From a virus (taxonomy: Duplodnaviria; Caudoviricetes): DNA of 43,408 nt. Under the pieces are notes generated by a model. It did not search any database and had not been told where the DNA came from. It saw only the letters and a list, made by a program, of their open reading frames with translations. Positions 24,105 through 32,768 of the stretch are shown one piece after another. Both the position numbers and the translations under genes were made by a program. Location: positions 1 to 43,408 of IMG/VR virus record IMGVR_UViG_3300037420_002072; one strand, 5' to 3'. Numbering within the stretch: the first letter of the stretch is position 1; each line of letters opens with the position of its first letter.

Positions 24105-25240
24105 AGTTGCTCAAATTTATATGGGTGTTGCTGACAACTCAGCCGGTGAAACTAGCCAATGAAGCCGTCGCGAATGTGCGCGAAACGATCATCGGTATTG
24201 CGAACGAAGCGGTGATCAAAGACGAATGGATTCATCTCTCGCCTAAAGGCCGGTATCCACACGTTAAGGGCACACAGGTCATTGACGACATCGCGCTGGA
24301 AAAAATCGCCAACGAATTCAACAGCGTTTCCGGCAGGTTGCAACGGATGTTCGCTGGCCGTCCGCTCTATGTTGGGCATCCAGATGTGCCCGAAGTCTCG
24401 CATCATTTCCCCGACAAAAAGGCCTACGCGTGGTTTGAAAAATTGGAAGTCCGTCCAGAGGGGTTGTTCGGCAAACCAAAAATGAGCGCGCCGGGCGCGG
24501 AGCTGATCGCGAACGGACATTACAAATACGTGTCGCCGTATTTCGACGCGGAGGAAATCGGGATGGAAAACGGGAAACGACTTTTGCGGCCGGTGCAGTT
24601 GATTTCGGTAGGGTTGACGAACAACCCGAATCTACCTGTCCAGCCGTTGGCAAATGAAAAGGAAACCAAAATGGAACGAGCATTACTCATTGCCGCGCTG
24701 GGATTGGCAGCCACAGCGACGGACGCGGAAATAACCGCAAGCATCACGAGTCTTCGCAGCGAAGCCGGAAAAGTCAGCGGCCTCGCCAACGAGAAGACCA
24801 CGTTGCAGAACGAAAAAACCACAGCGACGACCGCGCTCGAAAATGAAAAGACCGAGCACGGCAAAACCAAGACATCCCTGGCGAACGTGATCGTGCAGCG
24901 CAACAAATTCGCGCTCGATCTCGCGGTCAAGGAAGGACGTTTGGCCCCGGCTGAACGTGAAGAATGGGCGACGAAGCTTGCGAACGATTATGGGACCAGC
25001 ATCGCCGCGCTCGAAGCCAAGAAGCCGACGCTCAAGACCGCGCCTGTGGCCGGCCTTGGAGATCGGCGCACCACGCTGGCGAACGCAACCGAAGTGCATG
25101 ATCGCGCGCAGAAAGTGCAGACGCTCGTGCAAAAGGAAATGAAGGAGAGCGGCTGCGATTACGCGACGGCCTTCACGAAAGTCCAGATGGCGAACAGCGC
25201 GTTGTTCGAAGAGATGCACGATTCGCGCAAACAGGACTGA
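24101..25240 (+). CDS. Prohead protease/scaffold (Mu gpI-like)
   Basis: WIHLSPKG, YVGHPD, AYAWF, GHYKYVSPYF, SVGLTNNPNL; coiled-coil C-terminal half. Confidence 0.9.
   Translation: MKLLKFIWVLLTTQPVKLANEAVANVRETIIGIANEAVIKDEWIHLSPKGRYPHVKGTQVIDDIALEKIANEFNSVSGRLQRMFAGRPLYVGHPDVPEVSHHFPDKKAYAWFEKLEVRPEGLFGKPKMSAPGAELIANGHYKYVSPYFDAEEIGMENGKRLLRPVQLISVGLTNNPNLPVQPLANEKETKMERALLIAALGLAATATDAEITASITSLRSEAGKVSGLANEKTTLQNEKTTATTALENEKTEHGKTKTSLANVIVQRNKFALDLAVKEGRLAPAEREEWATKLANDYGTSIAALEAKKPTLKTAPVAGLGDRRTTLANATEVHDRAQKVQTLVQKEMKESGCDYATAFTKVQMANSALFEEMHDSRKQD
24671..25240 (+). CDS. Nested in-frame scaffolding protein (Mu gpZ-like)
   Basis: AAGGAAACCAAA-ATG immediately after the protease domain; MERALLIAALGL...ATDAEI. 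Confidence 0.6.
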   Translation: MERALLIAALGLAATATDAEITASITSLRSEAGKVSGLANEKTTLQNEKTTATTALENEKTEHGKTKTSLANVIVQRNKFALDLAVKEGRLAPAEREEWATKLANDYGTSIAALEAKKPTLKTAPVAGLGDRRTTLANATEVHDRAQKVQTLVQKEMKESGCDYATAFTKVQMANSALFEEMHDSRKQD

Positions 25241-25248
25241 AGCAATTA

Positions 25249-25274
25249 GGGCTCGTGCGGGCACTCGCCCTCCC
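25249..25274 (-). repeat. GGAG-type REP-like family 3 (second copy at 26171-26196)
   Basis: GGGCTCGTGCGGGCACTCGCCCTCCC and GGGCTCGTCGGGAGCCTCGCCCTCCC, both intergenic. Confidence 0.7.
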
Positions 25275-25314
25275 GAGCCGAAACCAAACCGCAATTTAAC
25301 CAAAGGAAAATCAC

Positions 25315-25569
25315 ATGGACGAAAAAACCAATGTCGCCGCCGCTGAAGATACGGCGGCGCTGAAGAACCGGATCGCCGAACTGGAAGCGGCGCTCAAAGA
25401 GAAGAACGCAATCCCCGGCGTGCCGGAGGCATTGACGGCGGACGTGAAACGGCGCGTGAGCGAAGGCTTGCCGCTTCATCACGCGATCGTGGCCGCGAAA
25501 AGCCAGGCCGAAAACGACGCGCGCCTCGCGGCCGAAGAAAAGGCGACGAAATCCAAAAAGAAGGACTGA
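25315..25569 (+). CDS. Small head-region protein
   Basis: Strong RBS (AAAGGA); helical. Confidence 0.75.
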   Translation: MDEKTNVAAAEDTAALKNRIAELEAALKEKNAIPGVPEALTADVKRRVSEGLPLHHAIVAAKSQAENDARLAAEEKATKSKKKD

Positions 25570-25638
25570 GCCCAAAGAACCAAGAGAACTGAGGACTGAG
25601 TCAAAACCAGAAACCGAAACTTTAACAAAGGAACGAAG

Positions 25639-26148
25639 ATGAACTTGATTGGATTATTGATCGTCATCGCAGTGATGGCGCTGCTGACGATTTGCTTAAT
25701 GAAGGGTGGATGCCTGCCGGGTCGTACTCGACGCGTGCGCCTGGCGAACACCGGTGAAGGCCGGCACACGATGGGCGTCATCAACGTCAAAGCGGACGCG
25801 CAAATCACGGAGCGTTATCGAATCGTGAAACGCGGGTCGGACGCGAACCACGTGGCGATCACCGCTGCGCTTGGCGACAAGCCACTCGGCGTTTGCCTGG
25901 ATGAACCGGAAGCGGCTGAAAAAAATTGCGCGGTGCAATTGCTCGGCTGCGGGCCGGGAACCGTGTTCATGAGGGCAGCCGCCGCGATCACGCAGGATGA
26001 CCTGTTGGAGCCGGTGGCCAACGGCCGCGTGCAAACGTTAACGACGAGCGTGGGCACGCATTACTGCGTTGGCCGCGCGCTTCAGGCCGCTGCGAATGCC
26101 GGCGACATCATCGAGGTCGATCCCTGTTTCTTCCGCTTCGACAAATAA
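25639..26148 (+). CDS. Capsid decoration/cement protein (DUF2190-like) with an N-terminal TM leader
   Basis: ADAQITERYRIVKRG, PLGV, AAAAITQDD, VGRALQAAANAGDIIEV; TM segment then RVRLAN. Confidence 0.75.
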   Translation: MNLIGLLIVIAVMALLTICLMKGGCLPGRTRRVRLANTGEGRHTMGVINVKADAQITERYRIVKRGSDANHVAITAALGDKPLGVCLDEPEAAEKNCAVQLLGCGPGTVFMRAAAAITQDDLLEPVANGRVQTLTTSVGTHYCVGRALQAAANAGDIIEVDPCFFRFDK

Positions 26149-26228
26149 ACGTGAACTAACGCGGAGGTTGGGGCTCGTCGGGAGCCTCGCCCTCCCAACC
26201 AACGAAAACTTTAACCAAAGGATTGAAA

Positions 26229-27242
26229 ATGAAATTGAGCAATGTAGCAGGCCTGGGCCTTGGAGCGGCGCTCGCGAGCATCGGGCTGCCGGTGTTGGCG
26301 GCGGACGCGCCGCGCGGTCCAGGACAGGTGGCTTTGGCGAACACGAGTTTGTTCGCCGAAGCGTATTTCAACGAACCGGCAACGAACTTCGCGCTGGGCT
26401 GGCGATCGCCAACCAACATCGAAGCCACGCTGGATTTCCTGGCGCCAGCGATCCAGGTGCCGAGGAACTTCACCTATTTCGAATGGGTGAACATCGAGCA
26501 GTTCCAAGTGGATGCCGATGTGCAACGCATCCGCTCGATCGGCGGCGACTTCAAGCGGGTGGAATACACCAGCGTGAAAACGGCCGGGTCGGTGGACAAC
26601 AAAGGTTTGGTGGTGCGCATCGATCTCGACCAGGTGGTGCAAATTCCCGGCTGGGAAAATCGCTACGTGGCGATGTTGCAGGATCGATTGCTGCGCGGTG
26701 AATTGAAGGACGCAATCGCGCTGGCCAGCGCGGGCGCGACCAACACCGCGAAAACGTGGGACACCACGGCCGGCAAAGACCCCGACAAGGACGTGCAAAC
26801 CGACTTGATCGCGGCGGCCGACGCGAGCGGCTTGCGACCGAACCGCGTGCTTTATGGCGCGACGGCGTGGGACAAGCGACTGATCTCGCATCGCGCGCAA
26901 AATTCGGCGGGCGGTTTCGCGAGCGCGGAACGCACGGAGGATGACGTGGCCGCGATGCTAGGCGTGGAGAAGGCGATGGTTTCGCGCGAGCGTTACCAAA
27001 GCACCAACACCGCGAAGGCGCAAATCGTGAACAACCTGGTGTTGGAATTCTACGCGACCCAGAACCCAACTGAGTTCGATCCGACGAACTTGGCGCGTTT
27101 CTGGACGCCGACACTGAGCGGCGGACAATGGCGCGTTTATATCCAGCAGGTGACCGCGAAGCTGGTGGACATTTCGGTGGAGTGGAACTCCACGCCGAAG
27201 GTTCTCACCACGCTCGGCCTGCGCCAGCTCACGATCTCGTAA
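26229..27242 (+). CDS. Major capsid protein with a signal-like leader
   Basis: Position after protease and decoration genes; LDFLAPAIQV, W....DP..D, GLRPNRVLYG..AW. Confidence 0.85.
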   Translation: MKLSNVAGLGLGAALASIGLPVLAADAPRGPGQVALANTSLFAEAYFNEPATNFALGWRSPTNIEATLDFLAPAIQVPRNFTYFEWVNIEQFQVDADVQRIRSIGGDFKRVEYTSVKTAGSVDNKGLVVRIDLDQVVQIPGWENRYVAMLQDRLLRGELKDAIALASAGATNTAKTWDTTAGKDPDKDVQTDLIAAADASGLRPNRVLYGATAWDKRLISHRAQNSAGGFASAERTEDDVAAMLGVEKAMVSRERYQSTNTAKAQIVNNLVLEFYATQNPTEFDPTNLARFWTPTLSGGQWRVYIQQVTAKLVDISVEWNSTPKVLTTLGLRQLTIS

Positions 27243-27259
27243 GCGAATTAGTCAAACGC

Positions 27260-27332
27260 GGAGATTTGCCTGGCGGAGTGGGCGGGTCTTCGAACGACAG
27301 CGGCCGGTAGCTCCGCAAAAAGTCCGGCCGCT
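27260..27332 (+). terminator. Double hairpin downstream of the capsid gene
   Basis: G-U-rich stem 27260-27271/27280-27291; AGCGGCCGG...CCGGCCGCT at 27299-27332. Confidence 0.4.
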
Positions 27333-27385
27333 CTATTCAAAAAGTTTTCATCCTAACCGGACAGGTCACGAGGAAGATTTTTTAA

Positions 27386-27856
27386 ATGGAGACGATTTGG
27401 AAAGCGGTGACGGAGGCGGACATGCAGCGACATGTCTTGAATCCGAAACTGGACGCGGCGCGCACGGCGGCGCTGGCGCCGGGGCAAGTCGATCCGATGC
27501 CCGACGCGATTGCGGACACGGTCGCCGAAATTCGCGCGGCGATTCAAACGTGCCAGCGCAATTCGGTGTCGAGCGACGTCACGACAGTTCCTCCTGAATG
27601 GGTGAAGTGGGCGTGCTACCTCACGGTAGCGGCTCTGCAAACGCGCCTGGCCGGCGCGCTGAAACTGGACGCGGATCAGCAAAAACAAATCGAACGCGCC
27701 GAAGCGCGCCTTGACGAAGTGCGCAATTGCAAGCTGGCGGTGACTGCGCCGAGCGAGGCAATCGCCAGCACGGTGCAACGCGGCGGCGGCGTCACGACGG
27801 TGGACCCGGACACAACGGTGCGAAGCACGGCGCCGTGCCAGATGGATGGACTTTGA
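27386..27856 (+). CDS. Head-tail adaptor (Mu gp36/DUF1320-like)
   Basis: AIADTVAEIRAAI...VPP...WACYL...RLDEV; follows the capsid gene. Confidence 0.75.
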   Translation: METIWKAVTEADMQRHVLNPKLDAARTAALAPGQVDPMPDAIADTVAEIRAAIQTCQRNSVSSDVTTVPPEWVKWACYLTVAALQTRLAGALKLDADQQKQIERAEARLDEVRNCKLAVTAPSEAIASTVQRGGGVTTVDPDTTVRSTAPCQMDGL

Positions 27857-27857
27857 A

Positions 27858-28652
27858 ATGCAGACAGAAAAACAACGAGTGCGACCGGTTGTGAAATGGC
27901 AGGGCGGAAAACGCCGGCTGTTAAAACGGATTCTGCCGTTGATCACGCCGCACACCTGTTACTGCGAAGCGTTCGCGGGCGGTCTCGCTGTGTTGCTCGC
28001 CAAACCGCGCAGCGCCGTCGAAGTGGTGAACGACATCAACGGCGACCTGGTCGCGCTCTATCGCAATCTCCAATACCACCTGCCGGAGTTGCTGCGCGAA
28101 GTGGATTTCATGTTCGCCTCGCGCGAGCAGCTCAAGGATTACATCGCGCAACCGGGCCTGACGGAAATTCAACGCGCGGCGCGTTTTCTTCTCAAAAACC
28201 GAACATCGTTCGGCGCAGGCATGACGTCGTTTGCAGTGGCTCGCCAACAAGGCGGCGGAGCCGGATTCAGCCGCGTGAAGTTGACAGACATTCTTGGCCA
28301 GGCGCACGAGCGCCTCGATGGCGTGACCGTGGAGCGGCTGTCCTATGGCCGATGCTTAGAGCTTTACGATTCACCCGAGAGTTTTTTCTTTCTCGATCCC
28401 CCTTACCTCAACGCGAAGAACGGCGCCTACGAAGGTTTCGATGAAAAGCAGATGCGCGAATTTCGTGATCGCGTTGACGCGTTGAAGGGCAACTGGCTGG
28501 TGACTCTCGATGACAGCGAATTTAACCGCGGACTTTTTAAAGGCCGAAAAATCGAGACGGCGGAGAGCGCAAGCGGCTGCGTGAATCGCGCCAGGAGCGG
28601 CAAGAAATTTCGGGAACTGATCATCACGCCCTACGCGGGCGGCGCACAATGA
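27858..28652 (+). CDS. Dam-like DNA adenine methyltransferase (D12 class)
   Basis: KWQGGKRRL, YCEAFAGG, EVVNDINGDL, FFFLDPPY. Confidence 0.92.
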   Translation: MQTEKQRVRPVVKWQGGKRRLLKRILPLITPHTCYCEAFAGGLAVLLAKPRSAVEVVNDINGDLVALYRNLQYHLPELLREVDFMFASREQLKDYIAQPGLTEIQRAARFLLKNRTSFGAGMTSFAVARQQGGGAGFSRVKLTDILGQAHERLDGVTVERLSYGRCLELYDSPESFFFLDPPYLNAKNGAYEGFDEKQMREFRDRVDALKGNWLVTLDDSEFNRGLFKGRKIETAESASGCVNRARSGKKFRELIITPYAGGAQ

Positions 28653-29278
28653 GCAAGGTCAACGTCAGTTTGCAGGAAGTGTTTTTGCCGCCCGGCAATG
28701 TGCTGGTGACGGTGAGGTCTGTCCTGGTGAATTCGCAGAACGTGGTGGTTGGCACCACGGGGGCGTTGCCTGGACAGATCAGCAAGCGGACCGGCAGCGA
28801 TGGGCGGGTCGTGGGCGGATTTGATTTGCTGACTGGCCGCTACCAGATCATCGCGCGATCGCCCACGGCGCCGGATTTGGTTTACCAGCCAATCATCGAG
28901 GTGCCCAACGACAATCTCGCTTACGAGCACACGCAATTGATCGTGAGCGGCGCGGCGCCGTTCTCGCAACCGATCTCAACCAACGCCAACGCCAGCGACG
29001 TGACGTATGGGCTGGTGCGGTTGATGCGCAATGGGGCAAACCCGCGCGCGACCGTGGGCGTCTGGCATGTGGACGACATCGCCGCGCTGAAGGCAATTCC
29101 CACCGACGCGAGCCATGCGTTCGCGACATTGATCAAACGCCAGGCCGGCGAGCCGCCCTACTTTTATTGGGATGGCGCGCGCAACGATGCCGACGACGCG
29201 ATCGGATTCACGGTGGTGCGCCCGAATGATTTTGTGGCCGCTGGATCAATGGGCGTTTGGGTGCAAGCCAATTTGTAA
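28649..29278 (+). CDS. Tail spike/fibre adaptor-like protein
   Basis: ANASDVTYGLVRL fibre repeat; IAALKAI...YFYWD...VVRPND...GVW domain. Confidence 0.6.
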   Translation: MSKVNVSLQEVFLPPGNVLVTVRSVLVNSQNVVVGTTGALPGQISKRTGSDGRVVGGFDLLTGRYQIIARSPTAPDLVYQPIIEVPNDNLAYEHTQLIVSGAAPFSQPISTNANASDVTYGLVRLMRNGANPRATVGVWHVDDIAALKAIPTDASHAFATLIKRQAGEPPYFYWDGARNDADDAIGFTVVRPNDFVAAGSMGVWVQANL

Positions 29279-29282
29279 ATCG

Positions 29283-31121
29283 ATGAAGACTGCGAAGACT
29301 GGAATGAGCGCGAAGTGGCAGGATCGAGTTGCGATCGCCGCGCTACTGATTTTCATCCTGAGCGCGATCGCGGCGATGCCGACGACGGTGCAGTATCCGT
29401 TCACTTACGATTCGGTGGCCGACATGGCGGCGTATCACAACCCGGCTGGCTTTTTCAAATCGGCTTATTGCAGAGGCTATGCAACGCCTGGGGACGGCGG
29501 CGGCGGATGGTTCTTCGCGACGAACTCAGTGACGAGCACGAACATCGGCACACGCATCGCATCGCGCATTTCCGGCTGGTCGATGGATCGGCCGAAGGGA
29601 CCGATCTACGCAAATTATTTCGGCGCCGTGCCCGATTACACCGGGACGCAAAACACAGCCGGAACTGGAACGGACAATCGGGCGGCGATCCAAGCGGCGC
29701 TGACCTATGCCTACACGCAGGGCGGCGGCGGCGTGAACGACACGGTCAACAACATCAGTTACCCGGTTGTGTTCATGCCGGGAAAATATTACGTCGGCGC
29801 GCGCTCGGATGGCATGCCTTCGCTGCAGGTGCCTTTGAAAGTGACGCTGGATTTTGGCCAGGCGGAATTGCACTTCGAAATTCCACCGACGAACAATTTC
29901 GGCCACAGCATTTTGGAACCGAACCCGGCCTGGTGCGCGATCCTGGTCGGCAATCAAGCGAACGTCACGATTGGCAAAATGCAGACGGTGGCCGGCCGCG
30001 ATCAAACCTACGGCGGCGCATGGTATGGCTTGACGCTGGACGGCATTCGCGTGGTGGAGTCCGATCAGAACTGGATTCGTGGCGCGGATCGCGAGCACGG
30101 CATTATGTGGTTCTCGCGCGGGGCGGGGATTCGCTACATCGCGTGCTACAACGCGTTCCTCAGCGACGTGACGATTCAATCGTGCGCGTTCGGGGTGATC
30201 CAAAGCTATTACGGCAATGGGTTCAGCGCCTACACGCGCTATCGAAGCGACACGCTGGCCAACGACATCTGCACAAGCCTGTGGATCGATCACCTTTCGT
30301 TGATCGGCATTTACAAGAAGGGAATTTTCTGCGGCGTCGATGGCGACTATCACACGCCGGCGACGACGTCGGTCGATCGCGGCGGACTGGAGTATCGCAC
30401 CGGAGCGAAAGTGGGCGGAGGACCGGTCAGCATTAGCCACAGCGCGTTCGAATCGATCTGGGAAGAATCGATCAATGTGGATTGCACGAGTTCGCTCTTC
30501 ATGGAGGACCTTCGCTTTGAGCGCGTCGGGTCATATTCGACGCTTGGGGTTATCACGACGACTGACACGCGCAACGTGAAGCTCAATGGAGCGGTCTGGT
30601 CGCAAACAGGCGGAACAAGCTTCGGGGCGAGTTATACGGCCGCCACGACGGTGGTCACGCCACAACCGACTTCGTTCGTGTATGTGAACGGAACGGACGT
30701 TTCGCCACTACTGCAAAACATTTCGATCAACAACACCCAGGACACAACCTGCCGGTTGGTCGATGGCAACAACGGGTTCACACGGCTGCCAACGGTGATC
30801 AATTACCGCACGGAGACTTCCACGCAGATGCAGGGGACGACCTCGGGCTACATGAAAAGCCAGATCATCGAAAACGACGGCGGAAGAACCTGGTCGACCG
30901 GAACAGTCGGGCTGGCGCCGAATGAGACGGTCAATGGAACGACGACGGTCTTCACCTTTTCGAACGGGTTCACGCGACAGAAGCCACGAGTCATTCGCGC
31001 GGACGGCTTAATCCTGCCAGACACGAACAGCGACGGGTCGACGAATTGGTCGTGGGACAGCGGAACGACGGCGGTGACGATGACGACCGCGCCGAGCAAA
31101 GACCTGAGGGCCTTCTTTTGA
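29283..31121 (+). CDS. Tail spike-like beta-helix protein with a signal peptide
   Basis: RGYATPGDGGGGWF; FGA...DNRAAIQAAL...VFMPGKYYV (pectate_lyase_3-like); hydrophobic N-terminus. Confidence 0.8.
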   Translation: MKTAKTGMSAKWQDRVAIAALLIFILSAIAAMPTTVQYPFTYDSVADMAAYHNPAGFFKSAYCRGYATPGDGGGGWFFATNSVTSTNIGTRIASRISGWSMDRPKGPIYANYFGAVPDYTGTQNTAGTGTDNRAAIQAALTYAYTQGGGGVNDTVNNISYPVVFMPGKYYVGARSDGMPSLQVPLKVTLDFGQAELHFEIPPTNNFGHSILEPNPAWCAILVGNQANVTIGKMQTVAGRDQTYGGAWYGLTLDGIRVVESDQNWIRGADREHGIMWFSRGAGIRYIACYNAFLSDVTIQSCAFGVIQSYYGNGFSAYTRYRSDTLANDICTSLWIDHLSLIGIYKKGIFCGVDGDYHTPATTSVDRGGLEYRTGAKVGGGPVSISHSAFESIWEESINVDCTSSLFMEDLRFERVGSYSTLGVITTTDTRNVKLNGAVWSQTGGTSFGASYTAATTVVTPQPTSFVYVNGTDVSPLLQNISINNTQDTTCRLVDGNNGFTRLPTVINYRTETSTQMQGTTSGYMKSQIIENDGGRTWSTGTVGLAPNETVNGTTTVFTFSNGFTRQKPRVIRADGLILPDTNSDGSTNWSWDSGTTAVTMTTAPSKDLRAFF

Positions 31122-31125
31122 TGTT

Positions 31126-32406
31126 ATGAAAAAAATCTTCCTCGCGATTCTGTTTTGCGTCACAGCGCTGACGGCAGATGTGCCTTCGACTTATGTGCGA
31201 TCGCCGGATGCGATGGTGACCATCAGCGGAACGTCGATCGATTGGACGCTCGGCAAACGTTTTTCCAAAAGCATCTCGGGCAATACGACTTTCACATTCG
31301 CGAATGCCGTCGCGCACAAAATCATCACGGTGCAAATCACGGCGGCCGGAGCGAACAGCGTGACGTGGCCAGCGATTACGTGGATGGGAGGCGTCTCGCC
31401 GGCGCAGACCTCGACAGCCACGGACGTTTACCAAATCTGGTATGACGGAACGACGTTCTATGGCTGCAAGCAGTTTGGAATCAGCGATGGGAGCAAAGGC
31501 GACATCAGCATCGCCGGCAACACGTGGACGATTGCGAACAGCGCGGTCACTTATGCGAAGATGCAAAACATATCCGGCGCATCGCTGTTGCTTGGACGCG
31601 GAGCGGGCGGCGGAGCCGGAGCGCCGCAAGAAATCACGCTTGGCGCGACGCTGGGAATGTCGTCGCAAACGCTCAACACGGTTGACGGCAGCGGAATCAA
31701 CGAATGGAACGGGTTGCCACTCTCTTATTATCCTGTCACCCAAGTTGACGAATGCTTCGCTCAATCAATCGGAAGCACGATCTTCACATCCAGTGTTTCA
31801 GGCACGGGCGCAGCCGTGACAATTACAGGGGGCCTTGCGCTCGCTAATCATCCGGGCGTTTACGCGATTGATTGCGGAACGACGACGACCGGCATGGCGA
31901 ATCTTCGCAACTCGGGAAATACAACTCTGCTCGGTTCAAAAACGCAGCGGTTCATTTTTTGCCTCCGCACCCCTACAGCGCTTTCGGACGGCACTGACAC
32001 ATACACGTTGTTTTTAGGGCTCGGAGATCAGACGACGGCCGGCGACACCGGCGCGGCGCCGGGAATTGTCGATGGCGCATGGTTTCAATACACGCACACG
32101 TTGAACTCCGGGAACTGGACCGGACGAACTGGGAGCGGCGGAACTTACACAACGGCGAGCGGAGGTTCGAATGTCGCCGTCACCGCCTCGGCGTTTTGGT
32201 GGTTTGGGATCGAAATGAACAGCACGAGCGTGAAGTTTTACGTCGCGTCGGATTCATCTGGCGTACCCGGTTCCTGGACATTGATCGGAACGAGTTCGAG
32301 CAACCTTCCCACCTCGGGTGCGACCGGTTTTGCGTTTCAAATCATCAAGTCCGCTGGCACAGCCGCGCGGCCAATGTATTTGGACAAATGGATTTGGATA
32401 CCATGA
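31126..32406 (+). CDS. Tail fibre-like protein with a signal peptide
   Basis: MKKIFLAILFCVTALTA; SIDW..G...VTWP; DGSKGDI...AVTYAKMQN fibre repeat; lectin-like C-terminus. Confidence 0.75.
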   Translation: MKKIFLAILFCVTALTADVPSTYVRSPDAMVTISGTSIDWTLGKRFSKSISGNTTFTFANAVAHKIITVQITAAGANSVTWPAITWMGGVSPAQTSTATDVYQIWYDGTTFYGCKQFGISDGSKGDISIAGNTWTIANSAVTYAKMQNISGASLLLGRGAGGGAGAPQEITLGATLGMSSQTLNTVDGSGINEWNGLPLSYYPVTQVDECFAQSIGSTIFTSSVSGTGAAVTITGGLALANHPGVYAIDCGTTTTGMANLRNSGNTTLLGSKTQRFIFCLRTPTALSDGTDTYTLFLGLGDQTTAGDTGAAPGIVDGAWFQYTHTLNSGNWTGRTGSGGTYTTASGGSNVAVTASAFWWFGIEMNSTSVKFYVASDSSGVPGSWTLIGTSSSNLPTSGATGFAFQIIKSAGTAARPMYLDKWIWIP

Positions 32407-32768
32407 AGAAACTCATAACGCTCGCCGGGTTCATCATCGCTGCAACTGCCCTTGCGCAAACGCTCGTGACCTTCGTCACGCTCGAAGAAAGCACGCCGTT
32501 CGTGCTGCAATTCGACAATCCCAATTCGACGCCATATCCGGCGCGGGTTTATACAAACGGGGTTTTTTGGCGGGAATATTCGCTGGCCGAATTAACCGTG
32601 ACGACGAACGTGGGCTTCTTCACCGAGGCTTTCACCGTTCCGGGCATGAACAAGAACTGCGCGTTTGCGGTGACGCTGACGAATGCAGCCAACGCGGCGG
32701 AGTCGGACTTTTCCAATCAGTTGCAGGCGCGGTTCAAGCCGAAAAAGCCGAGGTTCTACGCGCAATGA
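32403..32768 (+). CDS. Small exported Fn3-like protein
   Basis: MKKLITLAGFIIAATALA-Q; FAVTLTN...ESDFSN. Confidence 0.7.
   Translation: MKKLITLAGFIIAATALAQTLVTFVTLEESTPFVLQFDNPNSTPYPARVYTNGVFWREYSLAELTVTTNVGFFTEAFTVPGMNKNCAFAVTLTNAANAAESDFSNQLQARFKPKKPRFYAQ

Noticed and set aside
26304-26320. GACGCGCCGCGCGGTCC in the capsid leader, resembling half of REP family 1 in the opposite orientation
   Set aside because: Lacks the GTAG end and the full stem; GC-rich chance match cannot be excluded
29315-30440. Long alternative-frame ORFs (373 aa on +, 304 aa on -) over the tailspike gene
   Set aside because: Arg-rich shadow frames caused by codon bias
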